A DNA stretch of 64,000 bases from positions 186,001-250,000 of the forward strand of contig JALMLS010000377.1 of assembly GCA_038496445.1 (NCBI GenBank). Direction: 5' to 3'. The notes beneath the pieces are model-generated. The model saw nothing but the letters and a program-made list of their open reading frames with translations. It made no database searches and was not told the DNA's origin. The translations under genes were made by a program, and so were the position numbers. Source of the DNA: Trichosphaerium sp. ATCC 40318. Taxonomy: Eukaryota > Protista > Tubulinea. How positions within the stretch are numbered: the stretch's first letter is position 1; each line of letters starts with the position of its first letter. Shown here piece by piece: positions 36,567-50,654 of this stretch.

Positions 36567-38532
36567 ATGAACATTACTGCCCCAAGTTTGTTTAACCAAA
36601 CAAATAATGCCACAGAGGCTTTGAGTACGGGTTGCGTTTCAGGCTGTGATCAAGATACCTTATACGCGTCAAAGAAACCAATTGATGAGGTAATACGCGT
36701 CACGAACAATAAACGCTCATTTTAAACAGATTTTGGTTCTATTGATTACAACTGCTTTTTTAGCGACTGTATGGATCGCAGGGCGCTTAGTTACAATTAT
36801 AAAAGGGTCTCCGCTATTTGCAGAGATCGTGGTTGGAATGATAATTGGTTGCGTACTTTAAAACTATCTAAATAGTACTAAAACCACTTATAAAGGCCCC
36901 CCATTGCTTAAATTCTTTGGAAATGAAGATGTATGTAATCTGTCATTTGGTCTTATTACAGCTGGAAAACTGGGCGTGATTTTATTGATCATGGAGGCTG
37001 GACTGAATATAGATACTGACCTGTTAAAGAAAATAGGATTAAGAGCTGCTGGTCTAGCATTACTAGGTTCTTAACTAATTTGCCTCTGCCTGTTCTGGAG
37101 TGCAACTTGTTGATTGACTTTTTTCTTTCTCAGGAATGGTTATTCCTATTGCTGTTGGTTTCGGCATTTTGAAGGCTTTTGGTCATCCTACTAATATTAG
37201 TATCATTGGTGAGTGTATTATACATAGCCTATTTTAACTTTTAGATACAAGGTGGTAGCGCTTTGGCTCCAACATCAGTTGGTTTTGCTGCTAAACTTTT
37301 AAAGGAAGTAAAACTTTTAAAAACGTTTACTGGACAGCTTATCTCTACTGCTGCAGTGATTGATGATGTTGTATCTCTCGGTGAGTTTAACTGAATCAAC
37401 TTGGATAGGACTAACCTGTACCAGTAATCCTATCAGAGATTGATGCCATAACTGGAAGCAACAAGAGCGTCTGGAATTACATTTCGCCAAGTACAAAAAA
37501 CGTACAGAAGTTTTTGGTTAACTTCTTTTAGTTCTTGGTGCAGCTTTATTTCTTGGTATAGGTGGTGCTCTAGCTGTTTACGTTGTACCTAGGTACTTAC
37601 CTTGGTTCTTAAACAAAGTTCCAAAACGTTACAGAGAAGGTTTCTAGCAACTAATGGTGTTAATGTTGCTAACGTTTGAACTAGAATTTATTTTGGGTTT
37701 ACTGCTGACAATACTCGCTGTTCTTACTTTTTGTGCTTCTCTTGTTACCTCACATCTCCTCGGAAGTTTTCTCGCAGGTCTAATGTTCTCAAAGACTAAC
37801 AACATAATCCCTTTGTATGAGAAGCAAGCCAAGAGACCAAGTGCATGGCTGACTAGGTAGAGTAACTTTACTATGCAATTTTGACGTATTTAGGCTTTTC
37901 TTTGCTGCAACTATTGGGTTCTCAGTTCCAGTAAAAGCGATGTTCAACGTGGATGCTTTGGCTCTAGGTGCAGCTCTTACAGGTGTGAGCATTGTAGGTA
38001 AACTCATTACTGGTCTGTTGGCTACACCAATTTGGCCTAATATCTGGAGTGTTGGTACTGCAATGGTAGGCAGAGGGTACGCTTACTAGGTTGATTAATT
38101 TACTTTGTATTTACCTTGTCATAGAGAGTACGTAACCAATGCTTTATACACAGTGAAATAAAACTCAGTGTAAATAGATTTGGATTTATTATAGCAAGGG
38201 CAATGATTGAAACTTCAGCAGGAGCTACAAGTTCTATTCAGGTAAACGATAAATCACGTGATATAATTTATGTGCAATAACAATGATATAAAATATAGGC
38301 AGCGTACTCAGGTGTTGTTTGGGCTCTATTGCTTTGTTCCTTACTCGCACCATTTGCGTTCCGACTAACGCTTAAATTCTGTAAACCAATAGAGAAAGGA
38401 CAAAAGAACAGTGACTCCACCGAAATGTCAAATGACATCCAGGTGGCTGCTGTTGCAGACAACGATTCTTCGTGTTCTTTACGTAGTTCGAAGCTAGAAA
38501 GAGCTAGCAAATCCAGCAACTCATCTGCGTGA
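36567..38532 (+). CDS. Cation/H+ antiporter (CPA2, Na_H_Exchanger family), multi-exon
   Basis: LFAEIVVGMIIG, GVILLIMEAGL, ALAPTSVG, AAVIDDV, LLGSFLAGL, FFAATIG, GTAMVGRG-EFG motifs. Confidence 0.85.
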
Positions 38533-38622
38533 ATCCATGTAAATAGCCCATTTTACCGCCGTTGACAATTCGCTGTTTTGTAGACCTAGTTGTATAAAAT
38601 AAAAATAATCAGTAGGAGCACT

Positions 38623-40411
<1,789 letters not shown>

Positions 40412-40786
40412 AAAAAATATATTTAGAATGTCTTTGTATCTGAAATAAAGTAATCATAGTTTACAACTTTGTAGCTCAACGTCCAACCTATTTTGAGGTC
40501 AAACAAGCTCTCCTATCAAATGATCATATAGAATTGGAAACATATCTGTCATATAACCTAAACCAGCACTAGTTGATACTTTGCGACTATGTATAAAAAA
40601 ATGGTAAGAAATTAACTGAAAGTAAGGTTATCAATCTTAGATTGATTGAAAAAGTACAATCATTAGTTTCAAATCACGCAAAGAAGACAGTAAAGATTAC
40701 GCAAGCAATCAACAAGGAACGTCCTTTAAGTACAAAGGTATACATATATCCAATACTGTATCTCTTTCTTCTATTGGCTCAAATAG

Positions 40787-42574
40787 ATGGATACGTCAAT
40801 ACAAGATAACAACAATCGATTGTTAAACCTTCCAATGGAGTTACAACTTGATATTATCGATCTAGATCCCGAAGTGTTCTTAAAATGGCCATTGCTTTCA
40901 AAACAAGCAGCAACATCAACGAGATTTGATGATAATTTGAAGAAACATGGAAAATGGAAGCAATTTAGAGTTGAGTATCAAGACTACCTGTATGAGTACT
41001 ACATGTATCAGGACGAATATTACAGACAGGATATCACACCAAATAAAATCACACGTCAAGAACACTGGAGTCATGGTAAGATGAATGGTTTGTATAAAGA
41101 GTGGCACGACAATGGTGAACTATGGATACAATGCTCATGTCTCAATGGTAAACAACATGGCGAGTACAAACAATGGTTTGACAACGGCCATCTAGAACTA
41201 CAATGTACGTATGTACATGGTAAAAAAGAAGGAGAGAGTAAGGAGTGGTTCGAAAATGGTCAATTGTGGATACAATGTTTGTGTGTTAAAGGTAAACTTG
41301 ATGGAGAGTACAAGCAATGGTATGATAATGGCCGATTAGATATGCAATGCACATACGTTGGTGGTCAACAAGAAACACAGAAAAGGCCCTCAATAGTACG
41401 TCTGTATGACCAGTGTACAGGGGACTACAAGACATGGTATCCAAATGGACAATTAGAAATACACTGCAATTATTTCAACGGCAAAATAGATGGAGAAGTA
41501 AAATGGTGGCATGCGAACGGCCAATTAAGAGCACATGAATATTATACAAACGCACAATTAGATGGACATACCAAGAAATGGTATAAAAATGGTACTTTAA
41601 GTGAGCATAGTAGGTACGTGAATGGTGTTTGTGAAGGTGAACTCAAGTATTGGCATGAAAATGGTCAGTTGTCACACCATTGGCATTATGACAACGGTAA
41701 ACACGATGGAGAGCTCAACGAGTGGTTTGAAAATGGCCAATTGAAGTTCAATGCAACTCACGTGAATGGCAAACAAGAAGGTTTGGAAAAGGCGTGGTTT
41801 GAGAATGGTCAATTGATGCATAAACTAAATTGGATTCATGGAAGAGGAGAAGGAGAGGCGAAGGAGTGGTATGTAAACGGTCAATTGAAGACACAGCTCA
41901 ACTATATAACTGGTAAACGAGATGGCGATGGGACATTTTGGTATGAAAATGGCAAAATGGAAGACAAAATTGTTTATGCAAATGGCAAACGTCAACGAAA
42001 ATCAACTTGGTATGAAAACGGCCAATTAATGAAAGAGTGTTTTTATGTGAATGATGAAGAGGATGGAAAGCGTACTGAATGGTTTGACAATGGCCAATTA
42101 AAATACGAGTGTAACTATGTCAATGGCGAGACCACATTCTGGCATGAAAACGGGCAATTGAGTGAGAAGGCTTACTTTGTCCATGGCGTAAGAGAAGGAG
42201 AAGTCAATACTTGGTATGACAACGGGAAATTGAGTTTGCAGTGCTACTTTGTAAACGGTAAAGAAGAAGGCAAGATGATGGAATGGCATCATAACGGTCA
42301 ATTGAGTTTAGACTGTTTCAAGATCAATGGCAAAACAGAAGGAATTGTCAAAGAGTGGTATGACAATGCCCAATTGTGCGCAAAGTATTTTGTTGTCAAC
42401 GATAAAAGAAAAGGAGAGTATAAGTCATGGTATGACAACGGGCAATTGGAGGAGCATTCCAAATATGTTAACGATAAACGTGAAGGAGAATACAAATGTT
42501 GGTTTCAAAATGGTGAGCTGAAAGAAGGGCGCAAACTTGTATTACAATACTGTACGTATAATCAGTGCTATTGA
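40787..42574 (+). CDS. F-box-like + MORN-variant repeat protein, copy E
   Basis: 595-aa ORF with the same N-terminal cassette and ~21 repeats; preceded by the family intron remnant (AAAG/GTA...AAATAG). Confidence 0.9.
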   Translation: MDTSIQDNNNRLLNLPMELQLDIIDLDPEVFLKWPLLSKQAATSTRFDDNLKKHGKWKQFRVEYQDYLYEYYMYQDEYYRQDITPNKITRQEHWSHGKMNGLYKEWHDNGELWIQCSCLNGKQHGEYKQWFDNGHLELQCTYVHGKKEGESKEWFENGQLWIQCLCVKGKLDGEYKQWYDNGRLDMQCTYVGGQQETQKRPSIVRLYDQCTGDYKTWYPNGQLEIHCNYFNGKIDGEVKWWHANGQLRAHEYYTNAQLDGHTKKWYKNGTLSEHSRYVNGVCEGELKYWHENGQLSHHWHYDNGKHDGELNEWFENGQLKFNATHVNGKQEGLEKAWFENGQLMHKLNWIHGRGEGEAKEWYVNGQLKTQLNYITGKRDGDGTFWYENGKMEDKIVYANGKRQRKSTWYENGQLMKECFYVNDEEDGKRTEWFDNGQLKYECNYVNGETTFWHENGQLSEKAYFVHGVREGEVNTWYDNGKLSLQCYFVNGKEEGKMMEWHHNGQLSLDCFKINGKTEGIVKEWYDNAQLCAKYFVVNDKRKGEYKSWYDNGQLEEHSKYVNDKREGEYKCWFQNGELKEGRKLVLQYCTYNQCY

Positions 42575-43074
42575 TTTGATTGTTTCACTTACATATTCGA
42601 GCGTCTAGTTAATAACATGTCTCCTTGAATACAAGAAAAACATATCCTAGTCATATTAGAAGAGTAATGGCTGCTTAAGTACTCCTGAACTATGTATCAG
42701 TCAAATGAAGTGATTATCATTCGGAAAGTAGAAAAGCAACTTAAAAGGATTTTTGTGAAAAGAGTATAACCCTTATTTAGAGGTCTTACTTTTCCGGTTA
42801 ACCGTTTAGGTTTGAAATCCAGTTAACCTCTACTTCAACAACTATAATTCGGTGAAATATTGCTTAAAAGCGTTAGGCCTAAGGGCAAACTGTAGCAAAA
42901 ATAGACTCAATAAAAATAGTTTGTCATTTTCACTCAACTTGTAGATTGTTGGTTATAAAGCGTCGAAAGTAGTGAATGTAAAAAAACGCATATGGTGGCT
43001 TACAATGAAACCAACTACTTTTCCTACGCATAAATCATTTAACAGCTGAACTCAAACTACCCCAAAAAACAGTT

Positions 43075-43968
43075 TTATAGGCTAGCTGTTTTAAGAATAG
43101 GTGGGTACACGGATGGTTTTGGAAGCAATATGGGCTCTTTCTGCCATGTTCCTCTGCTGATTTTCGCGTTGATAGTATCTATTGCTCGTGTACAAGGGAA
43201 ATTAATAGGCACAACACCTAATGTCATATGAATCTCTTGCAAGTCTCTCCTTGGTATCATTATATGTATGCCACGTTCTGATAAGGTTTTTTCAACCTTC
43301 TCAGCAAGATATTCAATAAATGAACCTGTCTTTGTGCTTGCTGTGAGCACAACAGACATTGATCCATCAGCCACACTAAACACACATTTCATGCTATCAA
43401 ACTCAACGAACACGTCCGGCCAATACATCTCATCTATGATTTCTGATAGTATCTTAGAGCCCTCTTTGATTTCTGCACAGCAAAAGTAATGCATGGTTAC
43501 GTGTAACTCAATCTCACCTTGTGGGTTTCTAACACTATTTGAAGTCTCTTTTCCATAATGCCGTAGTACTTTCAGTGCAAGCTCCATCTTGTTAACGAGC
43601 CACTGTGGATAGGTGACTTCTTTGTGCCAAAAGACAAGGCCTATTCCTCTCTTCTCATTGCCTGTTTGACAAGAACAAGGGCACCCTGGACCTCCGTTCA
43701 TTGGAAACAAAGCACCGAAAGCCACATCATCAAGTTCTTTGCTTCTTGTAGCCAATACGTGCTCACGTGCTTTGTGGTATTCCTCCGGGCAATATTTTTC
43801 GCCTCCACCTCTTCGTTGGATATTCGTTGGTGCAGTCGCTGAAGAAGGCTTCTCTGTATTTAAAACCATGAAGGTAAAGATAACAAGGCTAAAACAGCAC
43901 ACCACTATTTTTTGTGTCAACGACAATTTTAGATTACGCCAGTAACGTGTTATCATCGTCTTAACCAT
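43075..43968 (-). CDS. Intronless signal-anchored 2H-phosphoesterase-like protein
   Basis: N-terminal TM (IVVCCFSLVIFTFMVL) and two HxT motifs, LHVTM and IHMTL, ~88 aa apart. Confidence 0.65.
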   Translation of the reverse strand: MVKTMITRYWRNLKLSLTQKIVVCCFSLVIFTFMVLNTEKPSSATAPTNIQRRGGGEKYCPEEYHKAREHVLATRSKELDDVAFGALFPMNGGPGCPCSCQTGNEKRGIGLVFWHKEVTYPQWLVNKMELALKVLRHYGKETSNSVRNPQGEIELHVTMHYFCCAEIKEGSKILSEIIDEMYWPDVFVEFDSMKCVFSVADGSMSVVLTASTKTGSFIEYLAEKVEKTLSERGIHIMIPRRDLQEIHMTLGVVPINFPCTRAIDTINAKISRGTWQKEPILLPKPSVYPPILKTASL

Positions 43969-44367
43969 ATTAACCTTCAAGTGCTACCGCTTTAAAGTTG
44001 TTACAAAGTGATGATAGCAGGACGTTTTATATTGTCAATACTGGTCAAGCTAGAGCTCAGCAAGTTAACACGTGGATCGTCTATGTAATAGATATATCGC
44101 ACAGCAGCAACAGATGATTGGCTTATTCCACTTTGTGAAGTGAAGGTATTGATAATAGATGATTGTCAATATGACAGATAAAGCGTAAACACTCAGAGAA
44201 AAGGGTGCTGTATCTAAATCTTGACTTGAGTACCAGCAACGAATAAAAACAAACCATCACATTTACAAGTTCAACGTCAATGGCTTTACTAAATTCTGTT
44301 TCGAGGAAAATGGAAGGAACTAGAGGTTCTATGTTGAGTAAATAATCTCTTTTTGTTCTTTTATTTT

Positions 44368-45890
44368 TCACCAAGCCATTTTAGCTTTATTTTGCCAACA
44401 GATACCATTAGTGCCTATATCTTCAACAGGAGCGAGTGCAAGCCATACTGGTGTTTCAGCACCTTCGTCGGTACTAAGAGGAGCTTTTTGTCCAGCCATT
44501 CGTGTGCGAACCCAACCTTTGGTGTAAAGTGAGAAGACTTACAAGTAGCGACTGAAAACAAGGTTTGAAGCCATTTCACATTAATGTAACAGAAATTATA
44601 GCACTTATCACGTGCTTGTCAAAATTGATGAATGATTCAGAAGCTTTTTTTTCTTGTTTTTTTCTTGATTAAGAATAGAGTGCGTACCAGGGTGTACTGC
44701 TGCAATGAACAGATTTTTTTCAGCAGCGTGATCTCGCAATAACATACGTGTATATACGTTGACCAAAACCTTGCTAACACAGTATGTGCTAGAAGGAAAA
44801 TGCTCAAATTTGTTGTTGCGGATTTCTTCAAGAAAGCCTTCATAAATCTCGGTCAGGTCTTTTTCTGTAACTTTTGGATTCATCAGCTTTTCTTCCATAG
44901 ATTTGCTGTAACGATCTTCTATTCGTTTGTTCAGAAAAAATGTATAGAGAAGGTGTATGTTTCTTTCTTTTCTTTTTTTGTTTCACGGAAACTTTAGCGT
45001 TCAACAACTGCTGTACTTACTCAATTGGGCTGCGCTTGATGATATGTTTATTATGCGTCCTTTATTGCTTAGAATAGGTAACAGAGCATCAGTGATACGC
45101 TTTGATTAGAACAAATATTAGCATTTGAAAATAGTACATGTGTCAAAACAAGTGCAAAATTGAGTACCTTAGTTCCATAGTAATTTACGCCAACTGTTTG
45201 TTTTGCCATATCTACATCTATACCACTACCTTTTGCGGCATAACCTAAAAGAATAAGTTATTACTCCCTCGAAAAGTGACAGTGATTAGCTAAGGTTAGC
45301 ACGTACCAGCATTGTTGATAAGTACATCCAAGCCACCATGTTCTTTTTGTAGCCAGCTCTTAAATTTCTCTACGCTGTCATCCTTCGTTATATCTAGTTG
45401 ATGAGAAACAACATTCTCAACATTATGACGCTTCTAAACAAAAACAATGAGAAACTGAAAAACCCAATTAAAAAAAAATTCTCAACATTTTCTTTCGGAC
45501 AAAATGTGTCACTATTGACAACTTCTCTTTGAAGCAAGTTGTCATATCCTTATGTGGTTTTGTTGGAGTACGTCTACAGTATTGTAGACTTGCCTCAGCG
45601 CTTGCAAAAAAGACAATGAGGCTGCTTTTACCGCCAATTTCTCCGCCTTAACAAACTGACACCTGTGTTTTCATCGTACCTTTATATCCTTCACAGCATT
45701 CTCGCCTTCCTCAGGATTGCGCGCTGTAATTATTACAATGCCTTTTGTCTTTTGAGCAATTTGTGAAGCAATTGCTTCACCAATACCGCGATTGCCTTTT
45801 ACGTTCCATTAGTACGCGCTAGAGCGTATATTATGTGCGTAGCAAAATTATACCTCCAGTAACGACGTATCTTGTGCGTAGTGCTGCCAT
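44368..45890 (-). CDS. Carbonyl reductase 1-like short-chain dehydrogenase, multi-exon
   Basis: VVTGGNRGIG, HGGLDVLINNAG, VNYYGT, YCVSK (YxxxK), VHPGWVRTRMAG, EGAETPVWLAL. Confidence 0.9.
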
Positions 45891-46607
45891 TTTGTTTGTA
45901 GTGCGTGTATTGCTAGTTTAATGGTGGTGAGACGGCTTTTGGTTAAGTCAGTGACGTATTCGTTGCTTGTGTCAAAAAATTGACGTTCACAATACAATCG
46001 GCACGTGTTCCGAGGAAAGCATATATTTTTGGTTTTACTTAATGCCAATATCACAGCAAGTTAACGTTGTATTTGGTTGCTACGTAACTTTGAATAGAGT
46101 GATATTGATGACGTGTACATAGACCATTGTCTAGAACTTTGCCTGTAGCTTATTATTTTCTTTTTGTTGGTAACAGAGGAAGCATACGTATGTGGCTTCT
46201 ATAAACCACTGCCCCATAAAGCGTACTACCACAATTCCTACCCGGATGGGATGGAGCAGTGGACGATAGGTGTCTTTTAGACAGTGACGAGCTGACCAGA
46301 AGAAAAGTAACTATTTTTCATGAAGAAAACTCACAACTTTCGATCGTAGCATGTAACCACCGCATATGTTTTTCCTACTCGTTTGAAGTTGCAATTTTTT
46401 TTTGCAAGTTGCAATGGAGAGTACACAGAGATAAATTTTTATTATTTCTTGAACGCTAAGAATTATTCAGTGATTATGTTTAACAACAATTAACAAGGAG
46501 GGAATAAAGTTCATAACACAATACCCAAAACCTCCTACATTCTGTTGTTTTTATGACCACTTTTAAAAGTCGTAGTAGTGCAGGTCCACAACAGCGTTAA
46601 CAACAAT

Positions 46608-48500
46608 ATGTTGTCTTTTACAAATACTATTATACTGGTTTCTGTTGTCCTTGTTGGTACCTACCCCGTCTTTACTATAAAGTCTCCATGTATCTTTAAC
46701 CCAATTCAATAGCTCATGTTGCGATGGGTGCCAACAAATGGGACGATATTCAGGGGTTCAATGATGTCGCAGAAAACCTGAATGACACTGAACACCTTGT
46801 TATCCCTTTAGTAGCTGCTGGTGATATCGCTGGTCATGGACCTACAATATGCGTTGTGTCGTCAATTGAAAACAAAACCTTTGTAGGCGATCAACTTGCT
46901 AGTAATAAACCTAGCGGCCTATTGGTGGTAGTAGGAACACAACAGAGTACGACTATTTCCTCTTTTTTTAGTTTTGTTTACAAAACTATGTACAAGGTTT
47001 TGCTTCTAAAACAGTGGCTGTGTTCCGACTCTACAATATGGAAAGAGCATATGGTGTTGTATATGGAAATAATGAGTTTTCTTTTGTTTCTTGCGATTTA
47101 CGGCTGGTCAAGCGCGGATACTCTCCTTTACCTTGCCGCATGAGGTTCATAAGTGCAAATGCATCAGGAGTAAGTTGTGTAATTCTTTTGGTTTTACGGT
47201 CTTCAGGTCACTAATCACGTGATACCCATTTAATACTATCATTGATTTTAACATGTCACAGGTATTCGAGATATCAGAACCAATTGAATTTAGTGACTCA
47301 GCAGTGGTGGTACCGTTCAGGTTTGGGTTCACTTACGATTCATGTATGTTGTGAGTTTTAGCACTATTTCAAGTACTAATTGAGTGTAACCTAGCTTCAA
47401 AAACGTATGTCATTGTGAACGACTATATTAACATAAGGGATGTATTTCCAATATATGTTGATGCAATATCACGAAATGTTACCATTGAGTTTGGTAATGG
47501 CACTTGTACGTGATAACCAATCAACACTTAATCATTGTTACACCATCAGCTTTCTAACGTGTTTTTTGGATTGCAGTTACTACTGAGAGCCTATTGGGTG
47601 GTGATGCTTCTGTTGACAATAATGGATGTATTGTAGCTGCCTTTAGGAGTCATGATCCATCATCGAAAAGATCCAATGAAGATGGCATTTTGAGAATGAC
47701 CGTAGTGAAGGGAAAAGAAACAGTAAGTTAACTCTTCATTCATTGCACATTTTTAAATAGCACGTGATAGTTTTTTTATACGTACACTCTCATAAATACG
47801 TCGTTCGTGTTGCAAATTGCAATGGATCTCGCCTATGACCCGGTATCAGAACAGTTTGCATTAATTTACGGGGAGAGAACAGATGTTGGAGCTATCGAAA
47901 TCAAAGTACTTCAATTCCAAGTAAAGTGTGAAGCAAATGCTAAGGTTACAATCATTGGTACAACAAACATATCGACAAACACTAAACGTGATGCTGTTTC
48001 ATATTCAATCGTTGCATCACCTTCAGCTGATAACGCTTTCATTGTAACTTACACTAATGGAACAAACACGTATATGTCAGCGTTATCATCCACAATGTCA
48101 CTTGTTGACAACGTACTCCCTAACAACATGTTTGAAGATCCAAGGATAGCAAAAGTAGCATGGCTTCAAGGACAACCACATGGAATAGTAAGCATTCACT
48201 TCTTTATGTTAGGCTTAGTAGGACTTATTTTAACACTGCTAGGTTGTAGCTAGAACTGAAAGAAGTCGCCCTCAAGGATACAACTCCACCATATCCTTTA
48301 TTTTCGTTGATGAATCCTTAACTTTCCCATCGGCTGCTCCGTCTGGGTTAGAACCAACAACCATGACAACCTCATCACCAATATCTCCTACAATTACAAA
48401 TGAGCCCACAAGCGAACCTACAAGTGAACCTACAAGCGATAGTTATAAGTTAATACCCTTATTATTCTTTTTGGTTGTATTTACAACAATGATGTTGTAG
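46608..48500 (+). CDS. Secreted, probably GPI-anchored surface protein, multi-exon
   Basis: Signal peptide MLSFTNTIILVSVVLV; C-terminal S/T/P stalk with EPTS x3, then hydrophobic tail LIPLLFFLVVFTTMML*. Confidence 0.7.
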
Positions 48501-49079
48501 AATGTTTACCAAAGTAGACCTCAATAATGTTGTCGAATGAAATAAAGTGATCTTGTAGTTCGTTAAACTGTTTTGCATGTAAGCTAAAAATTCTGGTTTT
48601 TTTCTTGTATAAACAAGCACTCCTTGCTAACATTTTAATATAGCCGGTGAGTTTATCATTTCGTCTTATCAGCTTAGCCTATTAATTAACTGATAAGAAG
48701 CCATAGCTATTCTGGCGACTGATAAAAAAAACCCTTTTTGAAAATTGAGAATTTGTTAAAGGCTTTCAATTTGTATTTTTTACCTCGGTTTAGGACTACT
48801 TGTATACCTGTACGTACATTAAAAATAAATTTCTACTACAAGAGGTACTAATGGCGCTCAGTACACCCATCTCCAAAAACTTGACATTTTTGGTCAAGTA
48901 TTCGACATTTACAAATTTAGCATTTTTTGTTTATCGGAATATGAATACAGAACATATGTAACAATAAGTTGTTACATAGAAAGGCGTACAACCAATTTTC
49001 TAAATTTTGTAGCTCCCGCACATAGCGATAATCACGTTTGCATTATCTCATTCAAAAGCACATTTCTACTAGCTCACCA

Positions 49080-50114
49080 CTAATAAAATGTGCTTTCTAT
49101 CAGTTGACCATGCCAATTCCAACATTTGTATTCTCCTTTTAGTTCATCATTAACATAAACGGATTGCTCCTCTAATTGCCCGTTTTCATGCCATGACTTG
49201 GACTCACCATGACGTTTATCTAAATGATGAGTAGCCTGCATCATCAATTGGCCATTTTCATACCATGCCTTTAACGCTCCTTCTGCCATATCATCAGCAA
49301 AGTGCATTTTCATTTTCAATTGCCCTGTCTCATAAAATTCCTTAAATTCTCCTTCCTTCTTACCTTTGACTAAGGAATATTCTTTATGCAATACACCGCT
49401 TTCATACCATTCCTTACGCGGCCCTTCCGGTCTGCCATTTACAACATAAGACTGACACTTCAATCGGCCATTGTAATGCCATGCTTTGAATTCACCATCG
49501 GAGATACCCTTGACATAATGCAAGTGACTTTCTAATACGCCATTGTCATACCAATTCATGAGATCTCCTGCGACATCATCATTACTGTATGTTATCTTCT
49601 CTTGTATTTGGCCATTAGGGTACCACTTTTTGTAGTCTCCTTCTTTTTTGCCATTGACATACTTCACCTCACGTGCCAATTGACCGTTTTGATGCCATTC
49701 TTTATACTCTCCATGTAGCTTACCATGACTCCAACACACTTGTCTTATTTTAAAGCGCGAGATAGTCTCAGTAGTTTGCCGATGTGGTACACCCTGCATG
49801 AAAGGATGAAAGTGAAACTCGTTACCATGTCTCACAACTCCAAATTGCTTCCATTTTCCATGTTTCTTCAAATTATCATCAAATCTCGTTGTTGTCGCAG
49901 CTTGTTTCGAAAGCAAAGGCCATTTTAAGTACACTTCGGGATCTAGATCGATAATATCAAGCTGTAACTTCTTCGGAAGGTTCAATAATCGATTGTTGTG
50001 CGCTAGCGTTGATTTATTTATCTATTGTATTTGGTTTTAGATTAAAAAAATGTAAAGTTTAATTACTCTTACCTTTTTGTCAGCAGTTGCCTCTGTTTTG
50101 CGAGTTTGTTCCAT
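49080..50114 (-). CDS. F-box-like + MORN-variant repeat protein, copy F
   Basis: Exon 1 50073-50114 (MEQTRKTEATADKK), intron at the family position, then LLNLPKKLQLDIIDLDPEVYLKWPLLSKQ and ~9 repeats. Confidence 0.9.
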
Positions 50115-50654
50115 ATTGTAGTGATTGGACTCCTCCGGTGCGTTCCCTGTAGTTTTTGAATAAATTGGACTAAATCTCCAATCACAACTTTATAACGGCT
50201 TTGCTTGTTCGAATTTTTCACTTTGTAAGGTTCCACCTCACTCCAGTAGCAAGTGTGTTACTACGCCAGTAGCAATAGTTTATAGACACGATGTAACAAG
50301 TCCATTGAACCAACTAAACAGATGGAGAAAAAAAGGCACCTAATCGTCTAGTCCTGAAAACACGTGAAGGAAAACTAAAAATAACTGATAATCTTTGCGA
50401 TTGATTTTGATGCAATTCAGTATAGTCAAGAGGTTTCACTTAGGTATACCAAAAGCGTTATGAAGCCAAAATGCGTTCATTGGCCAATGACTTGCTTTTT
50501 TTAGATTCCCTTTTTGGAACCCATACAGTAATAATCAAGCGCGAACGTAGCATTCAGTAGCTGTATACATTGCAAACTAGCGCTACTTTGGTAAAGGTCG
50601 AGCCTTTTTTGGACATTAATTGCCTTTTCTTAGACAAAACAGCTACAAGCCAAG

